DNA of 64,000 bases from Candidatus Zixiibacteriota bacterium (GCA_020853795.1 JADYYF010000109.1:70181-134180), one strand, 5' to 3'; positions 48,578 through 58,426 are shown, numbered from the stretch's first letter. A program made the numbers and translations. Notes: generated from the letters alone by a model not told the origin.

Positions 48578-50529
48578 CAGAGTTTGCCCTTGGCGGCAAT
48601 GCGTAGATTAGCGATGCGGTTGACGACGCCGGGCGCAGCGGCTTCGCTCGACTCCGCGTTGCCGCTCAAAAACGAGGAGATGCTGTCGGCGATACCCTCC
48701 GGATCAAGCGCTAACAGCTTGAATAACTCGTTGCGCGAGCCATGCTCAACGAATTCGTCCGGCAGACCCAAACGGCGCAAGTGGATATCCTGTCGGGCAT
48801 GATCGTTGAGCCAGTCATTGATGCCGGAACCGAATCCGCCGATCAGCGAGCCTTCTTCAATCGTGATCAATTTGGAAAATCGCTGCGTAATTTCCGTCAG
48901 CATCTTCTCGTCGAACGGTTTGACGAATCGACAATTGTAGACGGCCGGCTTGAAGCCGCGCTTCTCCAGCAATGGCGCCGCTGCCAGCGCCTGCGCCACC
49001 ATCGTGCCGACGGCGAGAATCGCGCCATCCTTGCCGTCACGTGCCTGCTCCCAGGTACCCCACTCAAATTCGGGACGATCAAGCTGTAATTGCCCTTCAG
49101 GGATGTCGGCCCGCGGCCAGCGAATGGCGGTCGGCGCGGTGAGATTCTTCATGGCCAGATGCAGGCTCTGGCGCAGTTCGGTGCCGTCCTTCGGCGCAAT
49201 GATCACCATGTTGGGTACCGGGCGCAGGTAAGAGATATCAAACGCACCATGATGCGTCGGACCGTCGTTGCCCGCTAAACCGGCGCGATCGAGTGCAAAC
49301 AGCACCGGAAATCCCTGCAGGGCGATATCGTGGATCAACGGATCGTAAGCGCGTTGGAGGAACGTCGAATAGACCGCAAAGACCGGCTTCTTGCCTTCGC
49401 GCGCCAACCCGGCCGCAAATACCGCGCCATGCTGTTCGGCAATGCCAACATCGAAGAACCGCTCCGGAAATTCGTGCGCGAAATCGATCAGGCCGGTTCC
49501 GGTCGGCATCGCCGCCGTGATGGCCACCAGCTCGGGATGCAGCTTGCCAAGCTCGATCATGGTTTGGCCAAAGACCTTTGTATACGCCACCCCCGCCGCC
49601 TTGTCGGACTTGCCTGTGACCTTGTCGAATTTGTTGACGCCATGCAGCTTGCAGACGTCCTCTTCGGCCGGTTTGTATCCCTTCCCCTTCTGCGTGCGAA
49701 TATGCAACAACAGCGGGCCGTGCAGCGTCGCCAACTGGCCGAGCGTCTTGACCAGTCCCTGCACATCGTGGCCGTCGATCGGACCGAAGTAGCGGAAACC
49801 GAGCTTTTCGAAAATCACGCCCGGCACCAGCACACCCTTGACCGCCTCATCGAGTCGCCCGACCATCGTCCGGATCGCCGAACCCTTGCGCAACCGGCCG
49901 GTCAGTTCCCACAAGTGGTCTTTGATCTTGTTGTAAGTCTGGTCCGTCAGCAATTCGGTCAGGTATTCGGAGAGTGCACCGACGTTTTTGTCAATCGACA
50001 TCGAATTGTCATTCAGGACGACTATCATGTCGCGGCCCGAATGCCCAAGATTGTTCATCGCTTCAAACGCCATCCCGCCCGTGAGCGCGCCGTCGCCGAT
50101 GATGGCGATGACGTGATTCTTCTTCTCGGACAGATCGCGACTCACCGCCATGCCGTACGCGGCGGAAATCGAAGTGGAAGCGTGGCCGGCACCGTAAGAA
50201 TCGTGTTCCGATTCTGTGATCTTGGCGAAGCCCGACAATCCGCCAAACTGGCGAATGCTGGGCATCTGGTCCAGGCGCCCAGTGAGCATCTTGTGGACGT
50301 AGCTCTGGTGGCCGGTGTCCCAGACCAGGCGATCAGTCGGGCTGTCGAAGACGTAATGGAGCGCGATCGAGAGCTCTACCACCCCGAGGTTGCCGCCAAG
50401 GTGGCCGCCAACCTGGGAAAGAATCGAGAGCAACTCCTCGCGGATCTCAGCCGCCAAGTCGCTGAGCGACTCCGGCGGAAGCTTCTTGAGGTCTTGCGGA
50501 GACTTAATCGAACGCAGGTAATTGGTCAT
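48577..50529 (-). CDS. dxs: 1-deoxy-D-xylulose-5-phosphate synthase
   Basis: Transketolase-like protein with a TPP-binding region (...GHASTSISAAYGMAV...IIGDGALTGGMAFEAMN...). 650 aa. Confidence 0.95.
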   Translation of the reverse strand: MTNYLRSIKSPQDLKKLPPESLSDLAAEIREELLSILSQVGGHLGGNLGVVELSIALHYVFDSPTDRLVWDTGHQSYVHKMLTGRLDQMPSIRQFGGLSGFAKITESEHDSYGAGHASTSISAAYGMAVSRDLSEKKNHVIAIIGDGALTGGMAFEAMNNLGHSGRDMIVVLNDNSMSIDKNVGALSEYLTELLTDQTYNKIKDHLWELTGRLRKGSAIRTMVGRLDEAVKGVLVPGVIFEKLGFRYFGPIDGHDVQGLVKTLGQLATLHGPLLLHIRTQKGKGYKPAEEDVCKLHGVNKFDKVTGKSDKAAGVAYTKVFGQTMIELGKLHPELVAITAAMPTGTGLIDFAHEFPERFFDVGIAEQHGAVFAAGLAREGKKPVFAVYSTFLQRAYDPLIHDIALQGFPVLFALDRAGLAGNDGPTHHGAFDISYLRPVPNMVIIAPKDGTELRQSLHLAMKNLTAPTAIRWPRADIPEGQLQLDRPEFEWGTWEQARDGKDGAILAVGTMVAQALAAAPLLEKRGFKPAVYNCRFVKPFDEKMLTEITQRFSKLITIEEGSLIGGFGSGINDWLNDHARQDIHLRRLGLPDEFVEHGSRNELFKLLALDPEGIADSISSFLSGNAESSEAAAPGVVNRIANLRIAAKGKL

Positions 50530-50564
50530 ATATCGATGATACTCGCAATCGTCACAATTGTTCG

Positions 50565-51461
50565 TTACTGTTCGCGGGCCAGGATATAGTCTGCCAGTTT
50601 CACGAATATCTCCTTTTCCCCAAACCCTGTCAACATATCCTTGGCCTCGGCAATGAGTTGCGCGGCCAGCTCGCGCGAACGTTCGAGGCCGACCACCTTT
50701 GGGTACGTGGCCTTTTCCAGACGCGTATCGGCGCCGACCGTCTTGCCCAACGCCTCAAAATCGCCCTCGATATCAAGGATATCATCAACGATCTGAAACG
50801 CCAGCCCCAGTCGCTCGCCGTAGCGCGTCAGTTGCCCTACGACCCCGTCGGGGGCATGCGCCAGCAGCGCGCCGATCTTGACCGAGGCGGCAATCAGGGC
50901 CGCCGTCTTGTGGCGATGAATCCATTCCACATCAGCGAGCGTCACCGCTTTGCCCTCCGCCTGGACGTCGGCAACCTGGCCGCCGATCATCCCCTGCGTG
51001 CCGATCGCCCGACCGACTTCAATGACTACGCGCGAATCGCCCGATTCGGCAAGAATTTCGAACGCCAGCGCGTGCAAGGCATCTCCCGCCAGCACGGCAA
51101 TATACTCGGAAAACTGCTTGTGCAGCGTCGGTTGGCCGCGGCGAAAATCATCGTCGTCCATGCACGGCAGATCGTCGTGGATCAGCGAATAGGTATGGAG
51201 CAATTCCAGCGCGGCCGCGTAACGATAAATGATCTCTTCGCTGCCGCCGCAGGCATAGTATGCCGAAACCGCCAGCACGGGGCGCAGCCGCTTCCCGCCT
51301 GCCAGTACCGAGTAGCGCATCGCGGCGTGCAGTTCTTGTGGCGGCGTCGTGGCCGGAGGCAGCATCGATTCAAGATATCGGTCGACCTTGACGCGCACGG
51401 CCTGGAATGGCGGCGTATCCAGCTTCACGGCATCAGGCATCGGCGCCGCCGAAGTTCTCAA
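50565..51461 (-). CDS. ispA: Polyprenyl (farnesyl/geranylgeranyl) diphosphate synthase
   Basis: First Asp-rich motif LIHDDLPCMDDDDFRRG and second motif IVDDILD. Confidence 0.9.
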   Translation of the reverse strand: MRTSAAPMPDAVKLDTPPFQAVRVKVDRYLESMLPPATTPPQELHAAMRYSVLAGGKRLRPVLAVSAYYACGGSEEIIYRYAAALELLHTYSLIHDDLPCMDDDDFRRGQPTLHKQFSEYIAVLAGDALHALAFEILAESGDSRVVIEVGRAIGTQGMIGGQVADVQAEGKAVTLADVEWIHRHKTAALIAASVKIGALLAHAPDGVVGQLTRYGERLGLAFQIVDDILDIEGDFEALGKTVGADTRLEKATYPKVVGLERSRELAAQLIAEAKDMLTGFGEKEIFVKLADYILAREQ

Positions 51462-51666
51462 GTTTGAACTGGTCGTTTTCCGCGACGAGCTTCTTGATCT
51501 CGGCCTCGACCGCAGTCAAGCGTTCACCGCAGAGTTTCGACAGCCGCATCCCCTCCTGGAAGAGCTTGATCGCCTCTTCCAGCGGCAGATCACCCTGCTC
51601 TAGCTTGCTGACGACCTCTTCCAGCCGGCGCAGGTTATCCTCAAAGCCTGTAGTTTTTTCCGCCAA
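51433..51666 (-). CDS. xseB: Exodeoxyribonuclease VII small subunit
   Basis: 77 aa. FEDNLRRLEEVVSKLEQGDLPLEEAIKLFQEG is the canonical XseB sequence. Confidence 0.9.
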   Translation of the reverse strand: MAEKTTGFEDNLRRLEEVVSKLEQGDLPLEEAIKLFQEGMRLSKLCGERLTAVEAEIKKLVAENDQFKLENFGGADA

Positions 51667-51747
51667 ATTCGCCTCTCAGTAAATCTTGGGAAACGGCATT
51701 ATAACCGAAAAAACGCGCTGCGCAACCCTCTAATCCGGCGCGATGAG

Positions 51748-52947
51748 CTAATCAATGGTTGCATCGCGCTGGCCGTCGCCGAAGCTGATCTCCACTCCAT
51801 CGCCCGTATTCAATGATGCCGCCTGCTTGACGATGGCGAGATCCGCTTTGCGGCGCACCACCGCATAGCCCCGCTTGAGTACGTTGTCCGGCGACAGCGC
51901 TTCCAGCTTATGCTTCAAGGTTTCGTATCGTCCGCCGTGGCGCAGCATCAGTTTCTCGGCGGCATGGCGCATTGCGGAAGTCCCTTCGTCGAGGCGCTGC
52001 GCAAACGGCTCGAGAATCGTCGCCGGCCTGACAAAAACCCGCGAGCGAACTACGCGTTGAAGCCGTTCCCGGCGCAATTCCGCCGCTCGAGCCAGCGCGC
52101 GTGTCAGTCGCGACGAAGCCGCCGCCACTCCCTGCAGCAGTGCCGTCGCGTCAAACGTCGCCAGTTCCGCCGCCGCCGATGGTGTCGCGGCGCGCAAATC
52201 GGCCACAAAATCCGCAATCGAGAAATCGATCTCATGCCCGACGGCGGAGATAATCGGGATTTCCGACTCGGAGATGGCTCGTGCAACGACTTCCTCATTG
52301 AATGCCCACAGGTCCTCCAGCGAGCCGCCGCCGCGGCCGACAATCAGCACATCGACCTGTCCGTAACGGTTGAACTCGCGGATCGCCGCTGTAATGTCCT
52401 CCGCTGCACCGTCACCCTGAACCTTGGTCGGTCGCAAAATCAATCGCACCGACGGCGCCCGCCGCCGGCAAATATTCAGTACGTCGCGGATCGCCGCGCC
52501 GGTCGGCGAAGTTACGATCCCGATCGCCGCCGGAAACTGCGGAATCGGCCGCTTACGCGTTTCATCGAATAGCCCTTCCGCCGCCAATTTCGCCTTAAGC
52601 TTTTGGAACTGCTCTTCCAGAGTACCGATTCCTTTCGGCAACAAGCGCACCACGCGCAACTGGTAGTAGCCGCCCTTCTCGTAGAGCGTGATATCACCAA
52701 ATGCGCGCACCTTCTGCCCATCCTTCGGTTCGAACGTCAACCCCTGGCCGGAAAACTTCCAGATTACCGCCTTGAGTTGAGCCCCGGCATCCTTAAGGGT
52801 GAAATACCGATGGCCCGACGAATGGTGAAGGTAGTTCGAGATTTCCCCCTCAACCCATACCGATACAAACTCACCTTCGAGAATCCCCTTGATCTCCCGC
52901 GTGATGTCCGAAACCGAATAGACGTGCGCGGAATCTTGCTCAACCAT
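51748..52947 (-). CDS. xseA: Exodeoxyribonuclease VII large subunit
   Basis: N-terminal OB fold (...VWVEGEISNYLHHSSGHRYFTLKD...) and the XseA catalytic region. 399 aa. Confidence 0.9.
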   Translation of the reverse strand: MVEQDSAHVYSVSDITREIKGILEGEFVSVWVEGEISNYLHHSSGHRYFTLKDAGAQLKAVIWKFSGQGLTFEPKDGQKVRAFGDITLYEKGGYYQLRVVRLLPKGIGTLEEQFQKLKAKLAAEGLFDETRKRPIPQFPAAIGIVTSPTGAAIRDVLNICRRRAPSVRLILRPTKVQGDGAAEDITAAIREFNRYGQVDVLIVGRGGGSLEDLWAFNEEVVARAISESEIPIISAVGHEIDFSIADFVADLRAATPSAAAELATFDATALLQGVAAASSRLTRALARAAELRRERLQRVVRSRVFVRPATILEPFAQRLDEGTSAMRHAAEKLMLRHGGRYETLKHKLEALSPDNVLKRGYAVVRRKADLAIVKQAASLNTGDGVEISFGDGQRDATID

Positions 52948-53180
52948 GTTACCGATTATACACCTTTCAATCGCTCAAGCAATCACAATGAGGCGCTTCC
53001 GGTGTAGGCGCCGACGACGGTTGGAAGCTCTCGGTTAACCTTCTGAACAACAGATTGTTGCAGCGACCGAGTATTGAAACAGGTCGGAATCTATGTCAAG
53101 AATACCGACACTGCTTCATCTCATGTGTTAGATCACTCGGATAAGATGATGATTAGCAACGAACAATGGAGGCGTGGATT

Positions 53181-53196
53181 TGGCACAAAGATTGCA
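53181..53196 (+). promoter_or_regulatory. Sigma-54 (RpoN)-type -24/-12 promoter match TGGCAC-N5-TTGCA on the plus strand
   Basis: Exact match to the GG-N10-GC core and flanking consensus (TGGCACG-N4-TTGCW) in a roughly 45% GC intergenic spacer. About 50 nt upstream of a plus-strand intrinsic terminator. Confidence 0.4.
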
Positions 53197-53243
53197 TTGT
53201 ATATCAGCATCTTGGCCAGTAGTGTCTTACCAATCTATCCACT

Positions 53244-53280
53244 GGCGGAGGTCTTAGCAACCTCCGCCAATTCTTTTTTC
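53244..53280 (+). terminator. Rho-independent terminator oriented for plus-strand transcription
   Basis: Plus strand reads GGCGGAGG-tcttagcaa-CCTCCGCC (8 bp perfect stem) followed by AATTCTTTTTTC. On the minus strand no U-tract follows the hairpin. Confidence 0.6.
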
Positions 53281-53309
53281 AGGCAGTTTCCCCTCAGATC
53301 AGGCCGCAC

Positions 53310-55517
53310 TCACAGGTAGTCGCCACACTCACAGCTCGGCGCCGGCGGCGGTCCGCCCGCGAAGATGAAATTGATAATATAGACCGCATCGGAGATGTTC
53401 ACGGCGCCACTGCAATCCAGATCGCCTGACCCGATCGCATGCGGCATCGGACTTGGTCCGCCGGAGAACACGTAGCTGACGATGTAGACGGCATCGCTGA
53501 TGCTGTACGCATCGTCGCCGTTGGCATCCCCCACCTTCCATGTGCATAGATTGACCGTCAGGTTCTCTACCGAGCTAAACGCCGACCACTGCGCTTCAGC
53601 ATCCTTGGCGCGGACACGATAGAAGTACTCCCCGGCGCTGAGTCCAGCAACATGATAGGTCGTGTCGGTGATGCTGTTGGAAAGCATCGTCTCAGTCGCA
53701 TAGCCTTCAACTGGATAAATGTCGTCAATCCACCAGCCGGGATCATTGACGAAGCCATCCGTGACATAGCGGAACCGCAAATTGATATCTTGCCCGACAT
53801 ACGCGGCCAGACTGAACTTCGCTTCAACCCACGAGGACGATAGTCCCGTGATGCCGTTACCGAGATTGTTGCCGTTGGGATTGGTGTTGGTTGTAATGTT
53901 GCCCGGGATGCTCGCCCACGTCGAACCGCTGTTGGTGGAGACTTCCACGTAGCCGTAGTCCCAATTGGTCTCGATATCATACCAGGTCCAGAACTTGAGG
54001 CTGTCGCCGGCTTGGACGCTCAGCTTGTTAAAAGCGGACAACCGATTGTTGAGATTCGCCGCCGAGCCGCCAAAATACGATTTCGTGCCGGAGTGGGCGC
54101 GGGTCGTCGAGACTGTAAAACCATTGGTGATCCAGTTGCCGCTGATGGCCTCGATGTTGTCCGTAGTGCGAGTGAATCCCTGCAACTGCCACAATTCGTA
54201 GGACACCGCCGGATTGACGGTGTCGGCATGATGCCAGTAGACATCCGTGGCATTCGCTTCAATGATGCCCAGCGGATAAATCTGTGGCTGCGCCGGTACC
54301 CGAAGCCTCTCCGGCTTGTCGGCGATCCGGGCCACAAACAGATTGGGATAAACATTGGCCTGCACGAGCGGTGTGATGCGGGATGTTGGCGGCCAGAAGT
54401 CGTCCGACTGCGTGCCCACCTCGATCGTGACGGCGTAGGTCTTGTTCTTCAGCGTCTGCTCCCCATAGCCCCAGTCATCGGTGGAACCATTGACTGGATA
54501 TAGCAACTGCCACGGCGGCCCGATTGCATAATTGGTCTGAGCGCGGATCGAATCCCCCATTGTCTGGAAGATGTCGTTGTCGGGCGTGTAGATCTGATCA
54601 TAGCCCCACGGCCACAGGAAGTAGTTGCCATAGGAGTGATAGCTTAAGGCAATGACGAAATTGTGCGAGATTATGAAATCGCGAATCCGCTGCGTCTCCG
54701 GTTCCGAGAAGGCCGAAGCCCCGCGATACGTCTCGTCGCTGCCAATCGGCGATGATCCCTCATCATCATAGCCCCATTGATATCCGAAATTGCGATTCAG
54801 GTCGATACCATACGAACCGTCGCCGTTGTTACGCCGGTTCTTGCGCCACAAACCGCCCCCGCCCGGCTCAATCACCTCGTTGTGATAGTAGCCGTCCGGA
54901 TTGACGACGGTCGAGAAGAACAACTCGCGATTGTTCACCAGGTACGTCACTTGCGGATCGGTGCCGTAGTTGTTGGTCAGATAACGCATGAAGTAGATCA
55001 GCAGTTCAGGCGTAATCACCTCGCGCGCATGGATCGCGCCGTAGTAGTACACTTCCGGCTCGTCCTCGTCGATCAAGGCATTATCCGATATCTTCATCAC
55101 GTAAATTGGGCGACCCTCGATCGTGTTGCCGATCGACCACTTGCCGCGCACGATCAGCGGGTTCTGATTCGCAATCGAATCCATCGCCAGGTAAATTTCG
55201 GAAAGCGTACGATACCCGCCCATGTCGCGCGACGGATCAAATCGGCTCTGGAAGAAGGCGGTAAGGTCGGGGGCTTCGACGCTATACCGCAATCCGTGTT
55301 GCTCCAGTCGGGCAATCTCCTCCGGAGCGACCAGCACATCGATGTACTTCTCACCCTGGTAGACTTCGTCCATTCTTAGAGACTTGAGCGCCAGATAATC
55401 GGCGCGGCTCTCGATGGCGACGCGCACCTTCGCCAGGCGCTCACCGGCTCCCTGCGCGATCGCAGCCCCGATCAACAGTGATAATGTCAGGAAAATGACA
55501 ATAGCTCGTCTTGTCAT
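53310..55517 (-). CDS. M14-family zinc carboxypeptidase with C-terminal tandem dockerin-like repeats
   Basis: Probable start at MTRRAIVIFLTLSLLIGAAIAQG (the ORF extends to 55568). M14 zinc ligands: HAREVITPE (HxxE) with a downstream histidine. C-terminus GDANGDDAYSISDAVYIVSYVFSGG ... GDLDCSGAVNISDAVYIINFIFAGG is two dockerin-type Ca-binding loops. Confidence 0.75.
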   Translation of the reverse strand: MTRRAIVIFLTLSLLIGAAIAQGAGERLAKVRVAIESRADYLALKSLRMDEVYQGEKYIDVLVAPEEIARLEQHGLRYSVEAPDLTAFFQSRFDPSRDMGGYRTLSEIYLAMDSIANQNPLIVRGKWSIGNTIEGRPIYVMKISDNALIDEDEPEVYYYGAIHAREVITPELLIYFMRYLTNNYGTDPQVTYLVNNRELFFSTVVNPDGYYHNEVIEPGGGGLWRKNRRNNGDGSYGIDLNRNFGYQWGYDDEGSSPIGSDETYRGASAFSEPETQRIRDFIISHNFVIALSYHSYGNYFLWPWGYDQIYTPDNDIFQTMGDSIRAQTNYAIGPPWQLLYPVNGSTDDWGYGEQTLKNKTYAVTIEVGTQSDDFWPPTSRITPLVQANVYPNLFVARIADKPERLRVPAQPQIYPLGIIEANATDVYWHHADTVNPAVSYELWQLQGFTRTTDNIEAISGNWITNGFTVSTTRAHSGTKSYFGGSAANLNNRLSAFNKLSVQAGDSLKFWTWYDIETNWDYGYVEVSTNSGSTWASIPGNITTNTNPNGNNLGNGITGLSSSWVEAKFSLAAYVGQDINLRFRYVTDGFVNDPGWWIDDIYPVEGYATETMLSNSITDTTYHVAGLSAGEYFYRVRAKDAEAQWSAFSSVENLTVNLCTWKVGDANGDDAYSISDAVYIVSYVFSGGPSPMPHAIGSGDLDCSGAVNISDAVYIINFIFAGGPPPAPSCECGDYL
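53313..53537 (-). other. Tandem dockerin-like repeats (C-terminus of the M14 peptidase)
   Basis: Two 22-24 aa repeats with the D-x-[ND]-x-D-x-x-x-x-[SN]-x-x-D-[AL]-[VI] pattern. Confidence 0.55.
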
Positions 55518-55594
55518 GTGCGGGCTCCTCAGATGTAAAAGCAACGGCGTGGTGATATTACCGGCCAAAACCGGATTTCAAGAGCCAATATAGC

Positions 55595-57520
55595 TTACAC
55601 GCGGGATTCAGCAAGAGGGTTTTGCCTCGCGTCGGCGCCGGCCCACTCGGGACTGAGCGGCAAGCGGACCGTGAATGTCGTTCCCGCGCCGACGGTCGAG
55701 TCGCAGTCGATGCGGCCCCCGTGCGCCAACACCCATTTTTGAACCAGCGCCAATCCGAGACCGGTGCCGTCAGCTTTGCCGCTTGTATAGAACGGTGTGA
55801 AGATGTGCTCAAGGATGTCCGGCATGATGCCGCGGCCACGATCGATGACCCTGAAGATCACCTCGTTCTGACCGAGATCGTCGGTGATGTCGACGGCGAT
55901 CACTTCCCCGTCGGGCGAGGCATGAATTCCGTTCTGGACAAGATTAGTCAGAATATTCAGCAGCAGCACCTGATCCGCCAGCAACTGCCGCAGTTGTGGT
56001 GGTCGGGAAATCGACAAACGCAAACTCCGCAGCTCCAATTGCTGCTGGAAGTGACGCTTAAGAGCGGCAGCCAGTTCATCAAAATCAACCTCGGCGATCG
56101 CCAACTCCGAGGGTCGACTTAAGCGCAGAAATCGATCGAGCATATCGCCGGTCGCCCGCGCCTCTTTGAGAATATTCTCCGCCACGGCTGCGGAGTTTGG
56201 CTCGATCGTCGATTGTCGGCCCAGCAATTGCGCGAAGCCGACAATCGCGCCCATCGAATTGCGCAGTTGGTGCGCGAGCCCCGCCGACATTTCACCCAGC
56301 GCCGCCATGTGTTCTTTTAACATCATCGCTGCTTCGAGGCGTTTCAGCTCCGTCAGATTATTGATCATGATCATCGCGCCCCGCAAGTGGCCTTCATTGT
56401 CGCGCAATACGGAACTGCTGAGACTGATCCAGAGCCGCTCGCCGGCGCCGTTCTCGATCTGCGTTTCGGTGATCCGGTTCGCCTGCGCCGACTGCAGCGT
56501 TGAAGAAAACAAGTCGCCCAGCATCGGATAGGTAGCAAACGCCTCGCGATAGTCCTTGCCCGTTAGCATCTGCGGATCAAGCGCAAGGATCGAGCCGGCA
56601 GCCGCATTGAAATGCGTGAGCTTGCCGGTTGTGTCACAGCTGATCACACCCGACGGCATACTGCGCAGGACATACTCATTGTAGCGTTCAAGGCTGGCGG
56701 CGCGCTGCTTTTGCTCGGCATAGAGCTCCTGCAGTTTCTTTTCCTTAACCTGAAGCTCCGCAATCACCTTCTGGAAAGTCGCCACCGCAAAATCCACCGA
56801 CTCCCCGCGCTCGGGCGCGGCAACCTCAGCGGCAATCGCCTCGTTCTTGATCTGCCGGTACGGTTTGAATGTAATCTTCAACAGCAGCAGTGCGATCGTC
56901 GAGGCCGCCAACAGGCTGATGATTTGAAATAACGTGTTCAGCTTTGCGAACCGCGCCAGTTCCCCTTGCGTGTCGGCATCCAGCGCCGCAAACAACGTCA
57001 GCGGTTGGCCGGAGTCCGTGACAAAATGGAAGAAGGCACCGCGCTCGAAGCGATTTGTCGCAACCGCAAACGACTCCGTGATCGTCAGCGGCAGCGCCGC
57101 GCGCACGCCGCCCGCAACCGACTTCGGCAAGGCGTACGCGCGCCGGATCGAACTCAGTTGCTCGGGCGTGATCAGCACCGACGACCCCGATGCCGTGTCG
57201 CGAAGCAAGTCGGTCTCCACCAGGAGGAGTTGTTCAAAACCAGCCGCCAGCGCCAGGTCGCGCACCGCCGAACTCTGCAGGCGTTCGCGCGGACTGGAAC
57301 TGAGCGTTGCGGCAATCAAGTTCAGATTCTGCGCCGTCTGCAGGCGCAGGCTCTCATCACTGACGGCGGTGGTCTCGTTGAAGAAGCGCAGTGAATTCAG
57401 GTTGGCGATCAAGATCAGGACAAACAGGAAACCCAGGGTGATGCGAATGCGAATTTCGTAGCTGAGCCCCAAGTATCGAAATATGCGGCTCTCCCGTGGC
57501 GGACGGCTGGAATCGGTCAT
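55595..57520 (-). CDS. Sensor histidine kinase (two TM, periplasmic sensor, PAS domain, HisKA and HATPase_c)
   Basis: H-box ...MAALGEMSAGLAHQLRNSMGAI.... N/G boxes (...NLVQNGIHASPDG..., GTGLGLALVQKWVLAHGGRI). 641 aa. No response-regulator gene is adjacent in the window. Confidence 0.85.
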   Translation of the reverse strand: MTDSSRPPRESRIFRYLGLSYEIRIRITLGFLFVLILIANLNSLRFFNETTAVSDESLRLQTAQNLNLIAATLSSSPRERLQSSAVRDLALAAGFEQLLLVETDLLRDTASGSSVLITPEQLSSIRRAYALPKSVAGGVRAALPLTITESFAVATNRFERGAFFHFVTDSGQPLTLFAALDADTQGELARFAKLNTLFQIISLLAASTIALLLLKITFKPYRQIKNEAIAAEVAAPERGESVDFAVATFQKVIAELQVKEKKLQELYAEQKQRAASLERYNEYVLRSMPSGVISCDTTGKLTHFNAAAGSILALDPQMLTGKDYREAFATYPMLGDLFSSTLQSAQANRITETQIENGAGERLWISLSSSVLRDNEGHLRGAMIMINNLTELKRLEAAMMLKEHMAALGEMSAGLAHQLRNSMGAIVGFAQLLGRQSTIEPNSAAVAENILKEARATGDMLDRFLRLSRPSELAIAEVDFDELAAALKRHFQQQLELRSLRLSISRPPQLRQLLADQVLLLNILTNLVQNGIHASPDGEVIAVDITDDLGQNEVIFRVIDRGRGIMPDILEHIFTPFYTSGKADGTGLGLALVQKWVLAHGGRIDCDSTVGAGTTFTVRLPLSPEWAGADARQNPLAESRV

Positions 57521-57562
57521 AATGTTATTATCGGCGAAGGGCGGGGTTGCGTGCAGGCGGGG

Positions 57563-58405
57563 CTAATTCAACGCCAGAAATTGGCTGACGTAGTAGTCAA
57601 CCAGCAAATTGCCGAAGAAGAGCGCCAGCAGGCCGGCCAGCGACAAAAACGGTCCGAACGGAATCATGCGCCCGGCCGCCGACTGCCGCGCGATCACCAT
57701 GCGCAGGACGGCGTAGATCAGGCCGAAAACCGCAGCCGCAAAGAAGATGAGAAAGAGGTTCTTCCAACCGAGAAATGCGCCGAGCACCGCGGCCAGTTTG
57801 ATGTCGCCGCCTCCCAACGACTCCTTTTTGAGGAAATAGTCTCCCAGGATCGCGAGGAGATAGAGTGTCAGCCCGCCGGCCAGAAGCCCGACCAGCGATT
57901 CCAGCGGCGAAATCAGCGGGTTCACAAACGAGAGTGCCAACCCCAGCACCATTCCGGGATAGGTAATCTTGTCGGGAATGATATAGTATTTGAAGTCGAT
58001 AAACGTAATCACCAGCAGTAGCGCGAAAAAGACAATCGCGACCAGCGATTGGTAGCTGATGCCGTAGAGCAGGAAGACCACCAAGAAGAACGCAGCAGTC
58101 AGCAGTTCAACCAGCGGATATCGCCAGGAAATATGCCGCCGGCATTTGCGGCATTTGCCCAGCAGGATGATATAACTGAGCAAGGGAATATTGTCGTACC
58201 AACGGATCAGCAGCCCGCAGTGGGGACAATGCGACCGCCCAAACACGAAATCTTCGCTCCGCGGCAGACGGTAAATGAGAACGTTCAAGAATGAACCAAT
58301 GAACGCGCCCAGGCAGAAGGCGTAGATGCCGATCAAGGTTTCGGGCTGCATGATAGAAATAGTATCGGCGAAATCGCCGAAAGTTGCAGACAGTTTTCTT
58401 CGCAA
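57563..58405 (-). CDS. pilD: Prepilin peptidase (type IV leader peptidase / N-methyltransferase, A24 family)
   Basis: N-terminal zinc-finger-like CPHCGLLIRWYDNIPLLSYIILLGKCRKC (DiS-P-DiS domain) and a multi-TM A24 peptidase body. Confidence 0.85.
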   Translation of the reverse strand: MRRKLSATFGDFADTISIMQPETLIGIYAFCLGAFIGSFLNVLIYRLPRSEDFVFGRSHCPHCGLLIRWYDNIPLLSYIILLGKCRKCRRHISWRYPLVELLTAAFFLVVFLLYGISYQSLVAIVFFALLLVITFIDFKYYIIPDKITYPGMVLGLALSFVNPLISPLESLVGLLAGGLTLYLLAILGDYFLKKESLGGGDIKLAAVLGAFLGWKNLFLIFFAAAVFGLIYAVLRMVIARQSAAGRMIPFGPFLSLAGLLALFFGNLLVDYYVSQFLALN

Positions 58406-58426
58406 AATCCCGTCGATTTTGTGGCC

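Noticed and set aside
53074-53319. 81-aa plus-strand ORF in the xseA / M14-peptidase spacer, with a hydrophobic segment
   Set aside because: It reads straight through the GC hairpin and U-tract of an intrinsic terminator and overlaps the peptidase stop. The spacer is more plausibly non-coding (candidate sRNA).
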